Origin: Candidatus Omnitrophota bacterium | GTDB taxonomy: Bacteria > Omnitrophota > Gorgyraeia > Aquiviventales > Aquiviventaceae | DNA length: 64,000 nt | Direction of reading: 5' to 3' | Assembly (NCBI GenBank): GCA_023247255.1 | Contig: JAHFGV010000001.1 | Span: 22,464-86,463, forward strand | Part shown: one piece after another, positions 19,075 to 28,214 of the stretch | How the letters are laid out: each line of letters opens with the position of its first letter | How positions within the stretch are numbered: the first letter of the stretch is position 1 | The notes under the pieces: model-generated | Told to the model about the DNA's origin: nothing | The model's input: the letters and a program-made list of their open reading frames with translations, nothing else | Database searches by the model: none | Made by a program: the position numbers and the translations under genes

Positions 19075-19320
19075 CTACTTCGAAGGACTTGCAAGTGCCG
19101 TGGCTGATGCTGCAGCAGTGTCCTCAGGTTTTTTTTCCTGAGTGATTGCTTTCCTTGATTTGATCTTGGCCTGCTTAATCTTGGGAAGGCCGAACATCGA
19201 ACGGCCTTCCGTCCAGTGGCCCTGGGACATCAGGTGACGCACGCGTTCATGTCGTTTTATGACATTCCGCCGTAAGCCGGCCGTGCCTTTCTTAGATCGT
19301 AATGAAGAATGGATCGACAT
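19075..19320 (-). CDS. Small basic hypothetical protein (81 aa, Lys/Arg-rich)
   Basis: ORF-track ORF; composition only, no confident family. Confidence 0.4.
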   Translation of the reverse strand: MSIHSSLRSKKGTAGLRRNVIKRHERVRHLMSQGHWTEGRSMFGLPKIKQAKIKSRKAITQEKKPEDTAAASATALASPSK

Positions 19321-19327
19321 GGAAACC

Positions 19328-20152
19328 TCACAAGGTTTTCACAAAACAGTCTTGATAACGCGTTCTCAGCTCCACTTGCTTCTGGTGAGCGTTCGCCTTT
19401 GACGGGAATGGCCCCACGTACAATACGCTATGTCCGTTTCGTGTCATTAGAAATGCAGGTTCTCCTTGGGTCTTGAGCCGGTTGAGTTCTCGGGTGGCCA
19501 TCTGGGGCTTAGTGTAGGTCACCACTTGAACGGCATACCGACGTTTCTGGTCGTTTATATTGATCGTCTTGTTCGGGATTTCTGTTTGAAAAGTCGTAGG
19601 GGCCTTGGACGGTATCGTTAGGGGTGATGGATGATCGTTTTTCTGTACCGGTAATTGTGTTTTAAACGGCTGCGCCGGTGAGCAAGTTTCGGAAGCTTCA
19701 TCCGAAGGTTGCTGGCGAGTCAACCCCGCCATTGCGCCATGGCCGAAAACCGTAGGCGAGGCAGAGTTGTCGGTGCCACGGGCTAATCCTGTGGGGCTCC
19801 TCCCCGCCATCGGGCCCACGGCCGAAGGCATGGGCCCAGTTGGTTTGCTTAAGCAATTGGGTGGGCGGGATGTCGCCCCACACGAGGCGTCTCCTTGAAT
19901 ATCACGGGCTAATCCTGTGGGGCTCCACAATATTCGTTCCGTTCTTACCAGTTGTTTTCCCCGCTCTACCCCACAGGCAAAGACTACGGTAAACCCCAAG
20001 ACTGTTGCTATGGCAGCCATAATCAGTTGATCCGATCGCAGCTCAAAAGCAATCCTCCCCAATCTGTGTTTGCGCCCATAACCACCTGGCGTGGTCTGCG
20101 ATAGCTCAAAAAATTCCAATTGTCCTTCAGAATCGGTGGGTTGCATCTTCAC
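19328..20152 (-). CDS. SPOR-domain protein with a family-1 repeat doublet in-frame in its linker
   Basis: N-terminal TM (LIMAAIATVLGFTVVFACGV), C-terminal SPOR (YAVQVVTYTKPQMATRELNRLKTQGEPAFLMTRNGHSVLYVGPF); repeat at 19721-19935 is translated without a stop. Confidence 0.8.
   Translation of the reverse strand: MKMQPTDSEGQLEFFELSQTTPGGYGRKHRLGRIAFELRSDQLIMAAIATVLGFTVVFACGVERGKQLVRTERILWSPTGLARDIQGDASCGATSRPPNCLSKPTGPMPSAVGPMAGRSPTGLARGTDNSASPTVFGHGAMAGLTRQQPSDEASETCSPAQPFKTQLPVQKNDHPSPLTIPSKAPTTFQTEIPNKTININDQKRRYAVQVVTYTKPQMATRELNRLKTQGEPAFLMTRNGHSVLYVGPFPSKANAHQKQVELRTRYQDCFVKTL
19721..19935 (+). repeat. REP/MITE-like element family 1, copy D (tandem doublet) inside the SPOR-protein CDS
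   Basis: ccccgccattgcgccatggccgaaaacc...gtgccacgggctaatcctgtggggctcctccccgccatcgggcccacggccgaaggc...gggcgggatgtcgccccacacgaggcg...ctaatcctgtggggctccacaatatt. Confidence 0.9.
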
Positions 20153-20204
20153 TCTAAATACTCTTAGGAGTCGACGGACATTGTATGTAATTCAAACCCT
20201 CCCG

Positions 20205-20846
20205 TCAACCCTCAAACAACTCCGAGGGCTCTTTATGTCTTTGCAGTCTTTGTACACGATGCTCCTGACCTTTGAGGAGTCTGGCGATATTGGATCGGTG
20301 CCGGATGATCATTAAGAGAGTCAAACCCGATCCTGCAACCCATTCCGCCCAGCTTCGATGGAGAAGCATAAGACCGATCGGAATCACCAAGGATGCGGCT
20401 AAGGAACCTACCGAGACGTATCGCCAGATCAAAAAGCAGATTAACCACACCCCGATGGATATTACGGCAATCGACGGCCAACTGGCCAACAGAACACCGA
20501 TTGTGGTGGCGACTCCTTTACCTCCCGCAAATCGTAACCACACCGGAAAATCGTGTCCCATCACCGTTGCCAAGCCACATAGAACAGGAGATAACGTTTC
20601 TGACGGATCCCAAAACCATGGAGCGATGAGCGCGACGGCGAGAAATCCTTTAGCCACATCGACGATAAACACAAACAAGGCAGCCCAGGGACCTGCGGCC
20701 CGCGCCGTATTCGTCGCGCCGATATTTCCGCTTCCCACCGTGCGAATATCCGTATGTTTGAGGCATTTAACGACCCAGAATCCCGTGGGGATCGATCCGA
20801 TTAAATAACAAATGCCCAAAGCCAAGATCCATCGGAAGGTTTCCAT
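20205..20846 (-). CDS. plsY: Glycerol-3-phosphate acyltransferase PlsY
   Basis: GSGNIGATN motif, multi-TM. Confidence 0.92.
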   Translation of the reverse strand: METFRWILALGICYLIGSIPTGFWVVKCLKHTDIRTVGSGNIGATNTARAAGPWAALFVFIVDVAKGFLAVALIAPWFWDPSETLSPVLCGLATVMGHDFPVWLRFAGGKGVATTIGVLLASWPSIAVISIGVWLICFLIWRYVSVGSLAASLVIPIGLMLLHRSWAEWVAGSGLTLLMIIRHRSNIARLLKGQEHRVQRLQRHKEPSELFEG

Positions 20847-20911
20847 TTAAGAAACCCCCTCTAATGCAAACGAACCTATTCGTGAGACATTCTGAGGAAA
20901 GTCCGTTTGCA

Positions 20912-22453
20912 TTAGACGTCGTGTCTCAAGTCTGATTGCGCTTGTATTAATTGGATTGGGATTCCACCCAGTTGCGGGTGTTGATGCAAATGCTTCATCA
21001 AGTACCGTTGATAAGGAATCGGAAGACGAGCTTTTGGATGTGTGACCAGTTCCACACGACAGGGATGTCCGGAATGCCATCGGACATCCGTTAATTGCGG
21101 CGGGCGTCTACCGACGAGCGGAGGGGGATACGAATTCCACTTAGGTCGCAGGATGAAAAGGAGCTCTTTGGATGACAGCCCCTGTTGGATTACCTCTTTC
21201 ATCTGCAGTGCCAAGGGCAGGATGCGTTCCAACTGAAACTTTGTCTTCGCCGATACAGCAAGTACGGGAGCTCGCTGAGCTTCCGGAATCAGTCGGTGCA
21301 TCTGTTTGGCGAGTGAAGATGGCAGGTCGGATCGTGAAGCCCCACGGGATGAGCCTATGGCACCGACAAGTCCGCCCCGATGGGACCGATATCCCGCCCA
21401 CCCATCGTCTTCTGTACTACCGTGTCGCCCACGGCTTTCGGCCGTGGCGCAATGGCGGGGTCGATCATTTCCTCTCGCTGTTCTTGGGGTTGATCGTAAG
21501 TCCCTTTCTTTTGGTCTGTGCATACACAGATCCCACTTATTGAGAAGAAGAATAAATCCACAGCCTGCCAGACGCACTTGGCCGACCACCCGACGATCAT
21601 CGCGCGTCACACCCGCAGGAGCATCCAACACGACTAACGCGATGTCGCATTGTTTCAAAGCAGTCAGGGAGTGTGCCATCGAAAACAGATCGACAGGATG
21701 CTTGATTTTACTGCGATGTCTGAGTCCCGCGGTATCAGTCAGCGTGATTGGTTTCTTTCGGACACACAACTGTGTCTCAATGGCGTCTCGTGTCGTTCCG
21801 GGAAGATCGCTGATGATGGCCCGTTCCTCATCAAGGAGGGAATTGAGCAATGACGATTTGCCGACGTTTCGACGCCCGATGAGTACCATGCGACAACCGG
21901 CAGTCCCTTCTATGGAGGAAGCTGGCTTAAGAAGCACTGGGTTAGCCGAGGGGTGTTGAATGAGATCGTCCAATAGTTCTTCAATCCCTCCTGCGTGCAA
22001 GGCGGAAACGGGAAAAATAGAGCTCAGCCCCAGAGAAAAGAATTCCGGTGGAACCGTAAGGTTGTGATCTTGCTTGTTGATGAGACCCCAGATCGGTTTG
22101 CCCAGCCTTCTGAGATTTTCAACGATCATAATGTCTGAAGGGACCAACCCTTCTTGTCCATCACAAACAAAAAGGATCGCTTGCGCTTCTTGAATCGCTT
22201 TTTGAACCTGCCGCTGAATAGCTGGCCAAAGGGAATCGCCCGCGGGTGCCGCCAACTCCAATCCCCCTGTGTCGATGAGCCTAAAGGAGAAACCCCGCCA
22301 AGTTGCCTCGCCATAGAGTCTATCCCGGCTGGTCCCTCGCACAGGTGAAACGACGGCTTGGCGAGCGCCAATGATTCGATTAAAGAGAGTGGATTTTCCA
22401 ACGTTGGGGCGACCTACGATTGCAATCAGAGGAACCGCCGGTCGCTGAGTCAT
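20912..22453 (-). CDS. der: GTPase Der (EngA) with ~50-aa in-frame insertion from a family-1 repeat
   Basis: Two G domains (GRPNVGKSTLFN; GRRNVGKSSLLN; LLNKWDL), KH-like C-terminus; extra RPRHCATAESRGRHGSTEDDGWAGYRSHRGGLVGAIGSSRG sits between NKWDL and PVLAVSAK. Confidence 0.9.
   Translation of the reverse strand: MTQRPAVPLIAIVGRPNVGKSTLFNRIIGARQAVVSPVRGTSRDRLYGEATWRGFSFRLIDTGGLELAAPAGDSLWPAIQRQVQKAIQEAQAILFVCDGQEGLVPSDIMIVENLRRLGKPIWGLINKQDHNLTVPPEFFSLGLSSIFPVSALHAGGIEELLDDLIQHPSANPVLLKPASSIEGTAGCRMVLIGRRNVGKSSLLNSLLDEERAIISDLPGTTRDAIETQLCVRKKPITLTDTAGLRHRSKIKHPVDLFSMAHSLTALKQCDIALVVLDAPAGVTRDDRRVVGQVRLAGCGFILLLNKWDLCMHRPKERDLRSTPRTARGNDRPRHCATAESRGRHGSTEDDGWAGYRSHRGGLVGAIGSSRGASRSDLPSSLAKQMHRLIPEAQRAPVLAVSAKTKFQLERILPLALQMKEVIQQGLSSKELLFILRPKWNSYPPPLVGRRPPQLTDVRWHSGHPCRVELVTHPKARLPIPYQRYLMKHLHQHPQLGGIPIQLIQAQSDLRHDV
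21337..21476 (-). repeat. REP/MITE-like element family 1, copy E (single unit, reverse orientation) inside der
   Basis: Reverse complement reads gaccccgccattgcgccacggccgaaagccgtgggcg...gggtgggcgggatatcgg...gtgccataggctcatcccgtggggcttc. Confidence 0.9.
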
Positions 22454-22478
22454 CGTTGAGAGGGTATTTCCATGGTCG

Positions 22479-23024
22479 TCATCCGAGCAGACGAATGCCC
22501 TGACGAATGTAACCGATGCCGGAAAGAACAGTCAGGCACGTGGCCAATCCGATTATAGGTGACTTAACCGGTAGCCCCAGAAGCAAGGTCGGGATCACTG
22601 ACATTTGGGCAACCGTTGTGCACTTGCCGAGCCAATTGGGTTGTATCCCACTCCAACGTCCCTGGACAAAGAAGAGTATGATTGAGCCGGCAATGAGTAT
22701 GGCGTCTCGGCTGATCACAACCAGGTTGAACCACGCAGGCAGACGCATCCATGGAGGAAGACCATGAATGACTGAGCAACTGATCAGGGTGGACAAAATC
22801 AGCAATTTATCCGCGATGGGATCAAGGAGAGCACCTAATTGCGATTGTTGGTGCTGAGAGCGAGCGAGCAGTCCGTCCAGGGCATCCGAAACCATAGCCA
22901 CGGTAAAAAGGCCTAACGCAACGTACCGGAGTCCATCGCGTTCGGGATGATAATATACCAGGCACGCAATGATTCCAGGAACCAGTAGAATTCTAAATAG
23001 CGATAGTTGATTAGCCAAATTCAT
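22479..23024 (-). CDS. pgsA: CDP-diacylglycerol--glycerol-3-phosphate 3-phosphatidyltransferase
   Basis: DALDGLLAR...G...DPIADK CDP-alcohol phosphatidyltransferase motif. Confidence 0.88.
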   Translation of the reverse strand: MNLANQLSLFRILLVPGIIACLVYYHPERDGLRYVALGLFTVAMVSDALDGLLARSQHQQSQLGALLDPIADKLLILSTLISCSVIHGLPPWMRLPAWFNLVVISRDAILIAGSIILFFVQGRWSGIQPNWLGKCTTVAQMSVIPTLLLGLPVKSPIIGLATCLTVLSGIGYIRQGIRLLG

Positions 23025-23071
23025 CGAAATGTAAAGCCCTATCCCCCTTCGGCCGTGGCCCTATGACGGGG

Positions 23072-23110
23072 TAGAAGAAAACCCCACCCGCATTAACGGG
23101 TGGGGTTTTT
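23072..23110 (-). terminator. Rho-independent terminator after the glycine-zipper lipoprotein gene
   Basis: ccccacccg-cattaa-cgggtgggg stem-loop with U-runs on both sides. Confidence 0.65.
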
Positions 23111-23156
23111 CATGCAAGCGCAATGTATCCGTCTGCGTGGATCTTCTGTTATCTGC

Positions 23157-23531
23157 TTATTCCTTGACTCGCAGCTCAACACCGTGGTTGGGACAATATT
23201 TTACATTTTCCGAATAGGTTTCCCCACCCACCGGGCAAAATCTTGTCAGACCCGTCACTGTGGTAGTTGCGGCACCCGAAGAATTTCGGCTTTGTTCCTC
23301 CATGGCATTTCCAAGCAGCCCTCCTCCTAGGGCCCCTAAGCCAGCACCGATGGCAGCTCCTTCTCCAGCATGACCCGACTGATTTCCAATGATAGCTCCC
23401 GCCGCTGCCCCCAAACCAGAACCCAACAGTCCTCCTTGAACCTTCTTGGATTGTGCCGCCGTTCCAATTCCCTCACAACCCAGGGCGGCCAAACTGGCTA
23501 CAGTAATAACAATGACACTTACCCGTTTCAT
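23157..23531 (-). CDS. Glycine-zipper lipoprotein with C-terminal zinc-ribbon
   Basis: Signal peptide plus lipobox (SLAALGC), GxxxGxxxG repeats, CPVGG...CPNHG ribbon; strong RBS GGAGGTGG. Confidence 0.7.
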   Translation of the reverse strand: MKRVSVIVITVASLAALGCEGIGTAAQSKKVQGGLLGSGLGAAAGAIIGNQSGHAGEGAAIGAGLGALGGGLLGNAMEEQSRNSSGAATTTVTGLTRFCPVGGETYSENVKYCPNHGVELRVKE

Positions 23532-23633
23532 TCTTTTCCACCTCCTTGTTAGTTTCTTTTTTTAAGGATGACGAACAAATTCATCTTAATTCTAGCACGT
23601 TAGATGTCAAAAGGCAACGGGACCGCAGTGCCG

Positions 23634-24251
23634 TTACCGTAGAGCCCGCAAGCGATTGAGAGGCCAGAAAATACATACGGCCCGTCCGATCAAAAAACGC
23701 GCAGGCACGAAACCCCAGAACCGACTATCATGAGAAGACCTTGAGTTGTCGCCGAGTACATAGAAGTGGTTCGGGGGCACTTGAATCACCTGGCGGGTTT
23801 TGCCATACAAGCCGTCGTTGACATAATGGATGCTTTGAAAGACTTCTGCTTCCTTGAGGACTTGCCCGTTTACAAGAATCTGTCCCTCTCGAATCTCAAC
23901 GGTGTCCCCGCCTAATGCGACCAGGCGTTTGATGAAAGGGCGCTTGGGATCCTCCGGATAGCGGAACACGACGATTTCCCCACGTCGAGGGGGCCGAAAG
24001 TGGTATAAGAACTTGCTAACCAGAATTCGGTCCCCTTCAATGAGCGTTGGGTGCATCGATCCGGAAGGAATCTTAAAGGGAGCAATGATAAAAGTGCGGA
24101 TTAACAGAGCTAGGGCGACGGCCCATAGGAAGGATTCAATGTTCTCTCGCCAAACGGAAGCCCGCTGTTGCGAGCGCTGAGCATCGGAGGCTTGCTCGGA
24201 TGTTCGCAAGGAAGGAGGTTTCGGGAAGTAGGAAAACCGTCTGAGGTTCAT
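23634..24251 (-). CDS. lepB: Signal peptidase I
   Basis: SGSMHPTL, GDNSRSSHDSRFWGFVP; ATGA overlap with the lepA stop at 24248-24251. Confidence 0.9.
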   Translation of the reverse strand: MNLRRFSYFPKPPSLRTSEQASDAQRSQQRASVWRENIESFLWAVALALLIRTFIIAPFKIPSGSMHPTLIEGDRILVSKFLYHFRPPRRGEIVVFRYPEDPKRPFIKRLVALGGDTVEIREGQILVNGQVLKEAEVFQSIHYVNDGLYGKTRQVIQVPPNHFYVLGDNSRSSHDSRFWGFVPARFLIGRAVCIFWPLNRLRALR

Positions 24252-26053
24252 GAGCGTGGAGACATCTTCAATACTGCCAAGAACGCTTCCTGAGGAATGT
24301 CGATCCCTCCAAACTGTTTCATGCGTTTTTTTCCTTCCTTCTGACGTTCCCAAAGCTTGCGTTTGCGGGTGATATCACCCCCGTAACATTTCGCCGTCAC
24401 ATTCTTAGCAAGGGGACGGACGCTTTGGCGTGCGATGATGTGAGAGCCGATAGCAGCCTGAATCGCTACTTCGAAAAGCTGACGGGGGATCAAATCCTTC
24501 AGGCGCTCCACCAGTTCCTTGCCCTTTTCGTACGCTTGGGCCTTGGCGACAATTGAAGAAAGCGGCTCGCACACCCGGCCATTCAGGAGGATATCGAGCC
24601 GGATCAAGTTCGCCACCCGATAGCCGATCAGTTCGTAATCAAAGGACCCATATCCCCGAGTCAGGGATTTGAGCCGATCGTAGAAATCGACGAGGATCTC
24701 GCTCAAAGGAAGTTCATAGATCAGCTTGACGCGCGTTTCACTCAGATATTCTGTGAAACAGTATACCCCTCGATTTTGAATCGCCAAATCCATCAAGGCT
24801 CCTACGGTTTCAGCGGGACAAAGGATGACGGCTTTGACGAAAGGCTCGGCGACCGATGCGATCGTCGCTAGATCGGGCAGATCCGTCGGGCGATGCACTT
24901 CAATGACTTTTCCCCCGTGCAGGGTGACTTGGAACACGACACTGGGAGTGGTGAGAACCAAATCCACTCCGTGCTCCCGCTCCAGGCGCTCCTGGACAAT
25001 CTCCATATGGAGGAGCCCCAGAAAGCCGCATCGGAATCCCTGCCCCAGGGCGTCCGACTGTTCGGGTTCGAATTGAAAAGCCGAATCGGTAAGGACGAAT
25101 TTTTCCATGGCGGTGCGCAAGGTGGTGAGATCTTGGGTCTTGGAAGGATAGATACCGGCAAAAACCATGGGTTTAAGCTTGCGAAATCCTGGAAGCTGTT
25201 TTGCTGTAGGACGCGCAGATTCAGTCACGGTATCTCCTACCCACACGTCATGAGGATTGCGAATGTTAGCGGTGAAATATCCCACCTCACCGGTGTGGAG
25301 CTCCTTCACCGGTTCCGGTTTAGGCGAGAGGATACCAACTTCCTGAACGGAGAATTGAAGGTGATTTCCTAGAAATCGGATCCCCAGGCCAGGGCGGATG
25401 GCTCCGTCAAAGATGCGGATGAAAACCACGACGCCCTTATAGGAGTCGTAGGTCGAATCGAAAATCAGGGCGGATAGACTCTCGGCAGGATTGCCTTTCG
25501 GGGGAGGCACTTCATTGACGATCCGCTCCAGAAGTTCAGGCACCCCACGGCCTTCCTTGGCGCTGACTTTGCTGATAGTGACTTCGCTGTCCTGCAGTAA
25601 ATGGTTGATTTCTTTTGTCACGCGCTCCAACTGGGCGTTGAAAAGATCGATCTTGTTGATTACGGGCAGGATTGCCAGTCCCCGTTCCCGGGCCAGCATG
25701 AAGTTCGCCACCGTCTGCGCTTCCACGCCCTGAACCGCATCGACGACTAAAAGGGTGCCTTCACAAGCCTGAAGGCTCTTGGTGACTTCAAAAGAAAAAT
25801 CGACATGACCGGGCGTGTCGATGAGATTCAGCACGTACTGCCGATTATCCGACGCACGGTAGTGCAGCCGGACACAGGAGGCCTTAATCGTGATGCCGCG
25901 CTCCCGTTCCAATTCCATGTCATCCAGGAGTTGTTCTCGGAACTTTCGCTGCTCCACCGCTCCTGTCAGTTGCAGGAGGCGGTCGGCAAGAGTGGACTTT
26001 CCGTGGTCGATGTGCGCCACGATTGAGAAGTTTCGAATCCGTGCGAGATCCAT
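24248..26053 (-). CDS. lepA: Elongation factor 4
   Basis: IRNFSIVAHIDHGKSTLADRLL...; 601 aa. Confidence 0.95.
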   Translation of the reverse strand: MDLARIRNFSIVAHIDHGKSTLADRLLQLTGAVEQRKFREQLLDDMELERERGITIKASCVRLHYRASDNRQYVLNLIDTPGHVDFSFEVTKSLQACEGTLLVVDAVQGVEAQTVANFMLARERGLAILPVINKIDLFNAQLERVTKEINHLLQDSEVTISKVSAKEGRGVPELLERIVNEVPPPKGNPAESLSALIFDSTYDSYKGVVVFIRIFDGAIRPGLGIRFLGNHLQFSVQEVGILSPKPEPVKELHTGEVGYFTANIRNPHDVWVGDTVTESARPTAKQLPGFRKLKPMVFAGIYPSKTQDLTTLRTAMEKFVLTDSAFQFEPEQSDALGQGFRCGFLGLLHMEIVQERLEREHGVDLVLTTPSVVFQVTLHGGKVIEVHRPTDLPDLATIASVAEPFVKAVILCPAETVGALMDLAIQNRGVYCFTEYLSETRVKLIYELPLSEILVDFYDRLKSLTRGYGSFDYELIGYRVANLIRLDILLNGRVCEPLSSIVAKAQAYEKGKELVERLKDLIPRQLFEVAIQAAIGSHIIARQSVRPLAKNVTAKCYGGDITRKRKLWERQKEGKKRMKQFGGIDIPQEAFLAVLKMSPRS

Positions 26054-26082
26054 CGTATTCGCGTATCCGCTGGCGATAGTCG

Positions 26083-27531
26083 TTAGGATCGGGTAGCAAG
26101 TGTGATGCCAGACCCAAGGAGTGCAGGCAATGTACGTGGGGACGGAGTTTCCGCGTAAATCCGTACGATTGGCTCTGTTCCCGAACGTCGAAACAAAAGC
26201 CAGCTTTCATCACGGCCGATGAGTTTGATACCATCCAGGGTGTTGATCTGCGCGACAGGAATGATCCCTAGCTTTTCAGGTGGATGAGACTGGAGTCTCT
26301 TGAAGAGCCGCTCGACCTGTGACGGCTGAAGGTGAAGGTCGAAACGGCCGTATGCCCAACGTCCATAGGCGCGTTCCAGCTCCCGCAAGATTTCCAACAA
26401 GCTTTTGCGTCGCATGGCCAGGACTTCCAGAAGCAGCAGCCCATTAACGATTCCATCACGCTCCGGAAGGTAATCGGTGATGCCGATGCCTCCCGATTCC
26501 TCTCCCCCCATGAGCACCTTATCTTCCATCATGAGCTTGGCAATATGTTTAAATCCAACCGGCACCTCGATCAGGCGCAAGCCAAGGGCTTTCGTCATCC
26601 GGTTGATCATCATGGTGTTGGACACCGTCTTGACGACGGCTCCCTGGACGTGTCGCGTCCTCACCCAATGGTCGAGTAGAACACAGAGGGCTTGTCCCGG
26701 ATTGAGCCAGGCACCGTCGGGGGCGATGATACCCAGGCGATCCGCGTCTCCATCGTTGGCAATGCCAACAGAGGCATGCCTGTGCCGGACTGTTTTGCGA
26801 AGCTCCACCAGATGCGAGGCGATCGGCTCGGGAGCCTGTCCGCCGAACAGAGGATCCGGATCCGCATGCAAGGTTTCAACATGACACTTGCCCCCACGCA
26901 GCAGGCGTTCGATCAGACGACCACCTGTGCCGTACATGGAGTCCACGATTACGTGCAGCCGACAGCGACGGATAGCTGAGAGATCGACGAATGAGCGGAT
27001 ACCCTGAAGGAAGGGTGCGATGAAATCATCGTGCGATATCCGTCGGTCTCTGAGTGCTTCCTCAAAGGGTACGTTCTTGACGGGGTGGCGGCCAAGGAGT
27101 CGTTCTACCGATGCCACCGTCTGCGTTGTCGCGGAGCCTCCGAAAGATTCCTTGATTTTGATCCCATTGTAAATGGGAGGGTTGTGACTTGCGGTAACCA
27201 TGATGCCGGCAAAAAGCCGGCGATCCACGACGTAACGACTAACCGCACAGGTCGGAATCGCACCGTTGCTCAAAATGCATCGGATGTTGTTTGCCGCAAG
27301 CACCTCGCAGACGCTGCGTGCGAAACGGTCGGAGAGAAACCGGGTATCGTATCCGACAGCAATGGTCAGTGGTGAACGTGTTTGAAGGCCTCCTCGAGCC
27401 TGATGCCGCATATGATCGGCGATGGCCTGAGTGACCAACCGTACGTTCTGTGAAGTGAACCCTTCGGCCATAATGCTTCGCCAGCCTTCGGTTCCGAACT
27501 GAATCGACGTCATTTCATCTGCGCCTCTCAC
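26083..27531 (-). CDS. Phosphomannomutase/phosphoglucomutase
   Basis: TASHNPPIYNGIKI active-site Ser loop, alpha-D-phosphohexomutase domains. Confidence 0.9.
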   Translation of the reverse strand: MRGADEMTSIQFGTEGWRSIMAEGFTSQNVRLVTQAIADHMRHQARGGLQTRSPLTIAVGYDTRFLSDRFARSVCEVLAANNIRCILSNGAIPTCAVSRYVVDRRLFAGIMVTASHNPPIYNGIKIKESFGGSATTQTVASVERLLGRHPVKNVPFEEALRDRRISHDDFIAPFLQGIRSFVDLSAIRRCRLHVIVDSMYGTGGRLIERLLRGGKCHVETLHADPDPLFGGQAPEPIASHLVELRKTVRHRHASVGIANDGDADRLGIIAPDGAWLNPGQALCVLLDHWVRTRHVQGAVVKTVSNTMMINRMTKALGLRLIEVPVGFKHIAKLMMEDKVLMGGEESGGIGITDYLPERDGIVNGLLLLEVLAMRRKSLLEILRELERAYGRWAYGRFDLHLQPSQVERLFKRLQSHPPEKLGIIPVAQINTLDGIKLIGRDESWLLFRRSGTEPIVRIYAETPSPRTLPALLGSGITLATRS

Positions 27532-28214
27532 CCGGACGGTGCTCTCAACGATTGGATCGCATCCCGATACGATGTCGATCGAAACACATAGGTTCCTGCC
27601 ACCAAAACATTGGCTCCGGCCTTGCGCATTTGCTCACCGGTCTTGGCGTTGATGCCTCCGTCGACCGCCAGGTGTCCCGAAAACCACTGGCGTAACATCC
27701 GGACCTTGGGCACGACCTGGGGCATGAACGCCTGAGCGCCGAAGCCGGGTTCAACGCTCATGACGAGAATCAGATCGACCCGATCCAGAAATGGCCTTAC
27801 GGATTCGGCGTCGGTCTTGGGACGCAACGACAATCCGGCACCTACTTTGGCTTTTCGGATCGTTTCCAAGCTGTTGCGTAACACGGCCGGTTGCTCAAGC
27901 CCCGGAGCTTCGACATGCACGGTAAGATAATGGACGCCAACGTCCAGAAACGGTCGCAGCCATTGCTGGGGATGGTCCAGCATGAGATGGACGTCTAAGG
28001 GGATGCGGCTTACCCGTCGTATGGCCTCGACCACGACAGGGCCCATCGTCAAGTTGGGAACGAAATGGCCATCCATGACATCTACGTGGAGCCAGTCAGC
28101 TCCGGCCTCTTCTACCTTACGAATTTCCTCAGCCAGATGGGCGAAATCGCACGCCAAAAGGCTAGGGGCAACCAGCAGCGACGGCAGGGACGGCATTTTC
28201 ATTCGATACGACAC
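27528..28214 (-). CDS. rpe: Ribulose-phosphate 3-epimerase
   Basis: LHVDVMDGHFVPNLTMGP. Confidence 0.93.
   Translation of the reverse strand: MSYRMKMPSLPSLLVAPSLLACDFAHLAEEIRKVEEAGADWLHVDVMDGHFVPNLTMGPVVVEAIRRVSRIPLDVHLMLDHPQQWLRPFLDVGVHYLTVHVEAPGLEQPAVLRNSLETIRKAKVGAGLSLRPKTDAESVRPFLDRVDLILVMSVEPGFGAQAFMPQVVPKVRMLRQWFSGHLAVDGGINAKTGEQMRKAGANVLVAGTYVFRSTSYRDAIQSLRAPSG

Noticed and set aside
19698-21401. Small ORFs 19698-19883 (-) and 21141-21401 (-) / 21172-21543 (+)
   Set aside because: Alternative-frame read-throughs of repeat copies D and E that are already embedded in the real SPOR and der ORFs.
21306-21959. 217-aa plus-strand ORF
   Set aside because: Antisense to der and partly repeat-derived.
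24252-24353. N-terminal 34-aa extension of the lepB ORF
   Set aside because: It would overlap lepA by >100 nt. M35 gives the classic ATGA coupling with the lepA stop and leaves the signal-peptidase TM start intact.
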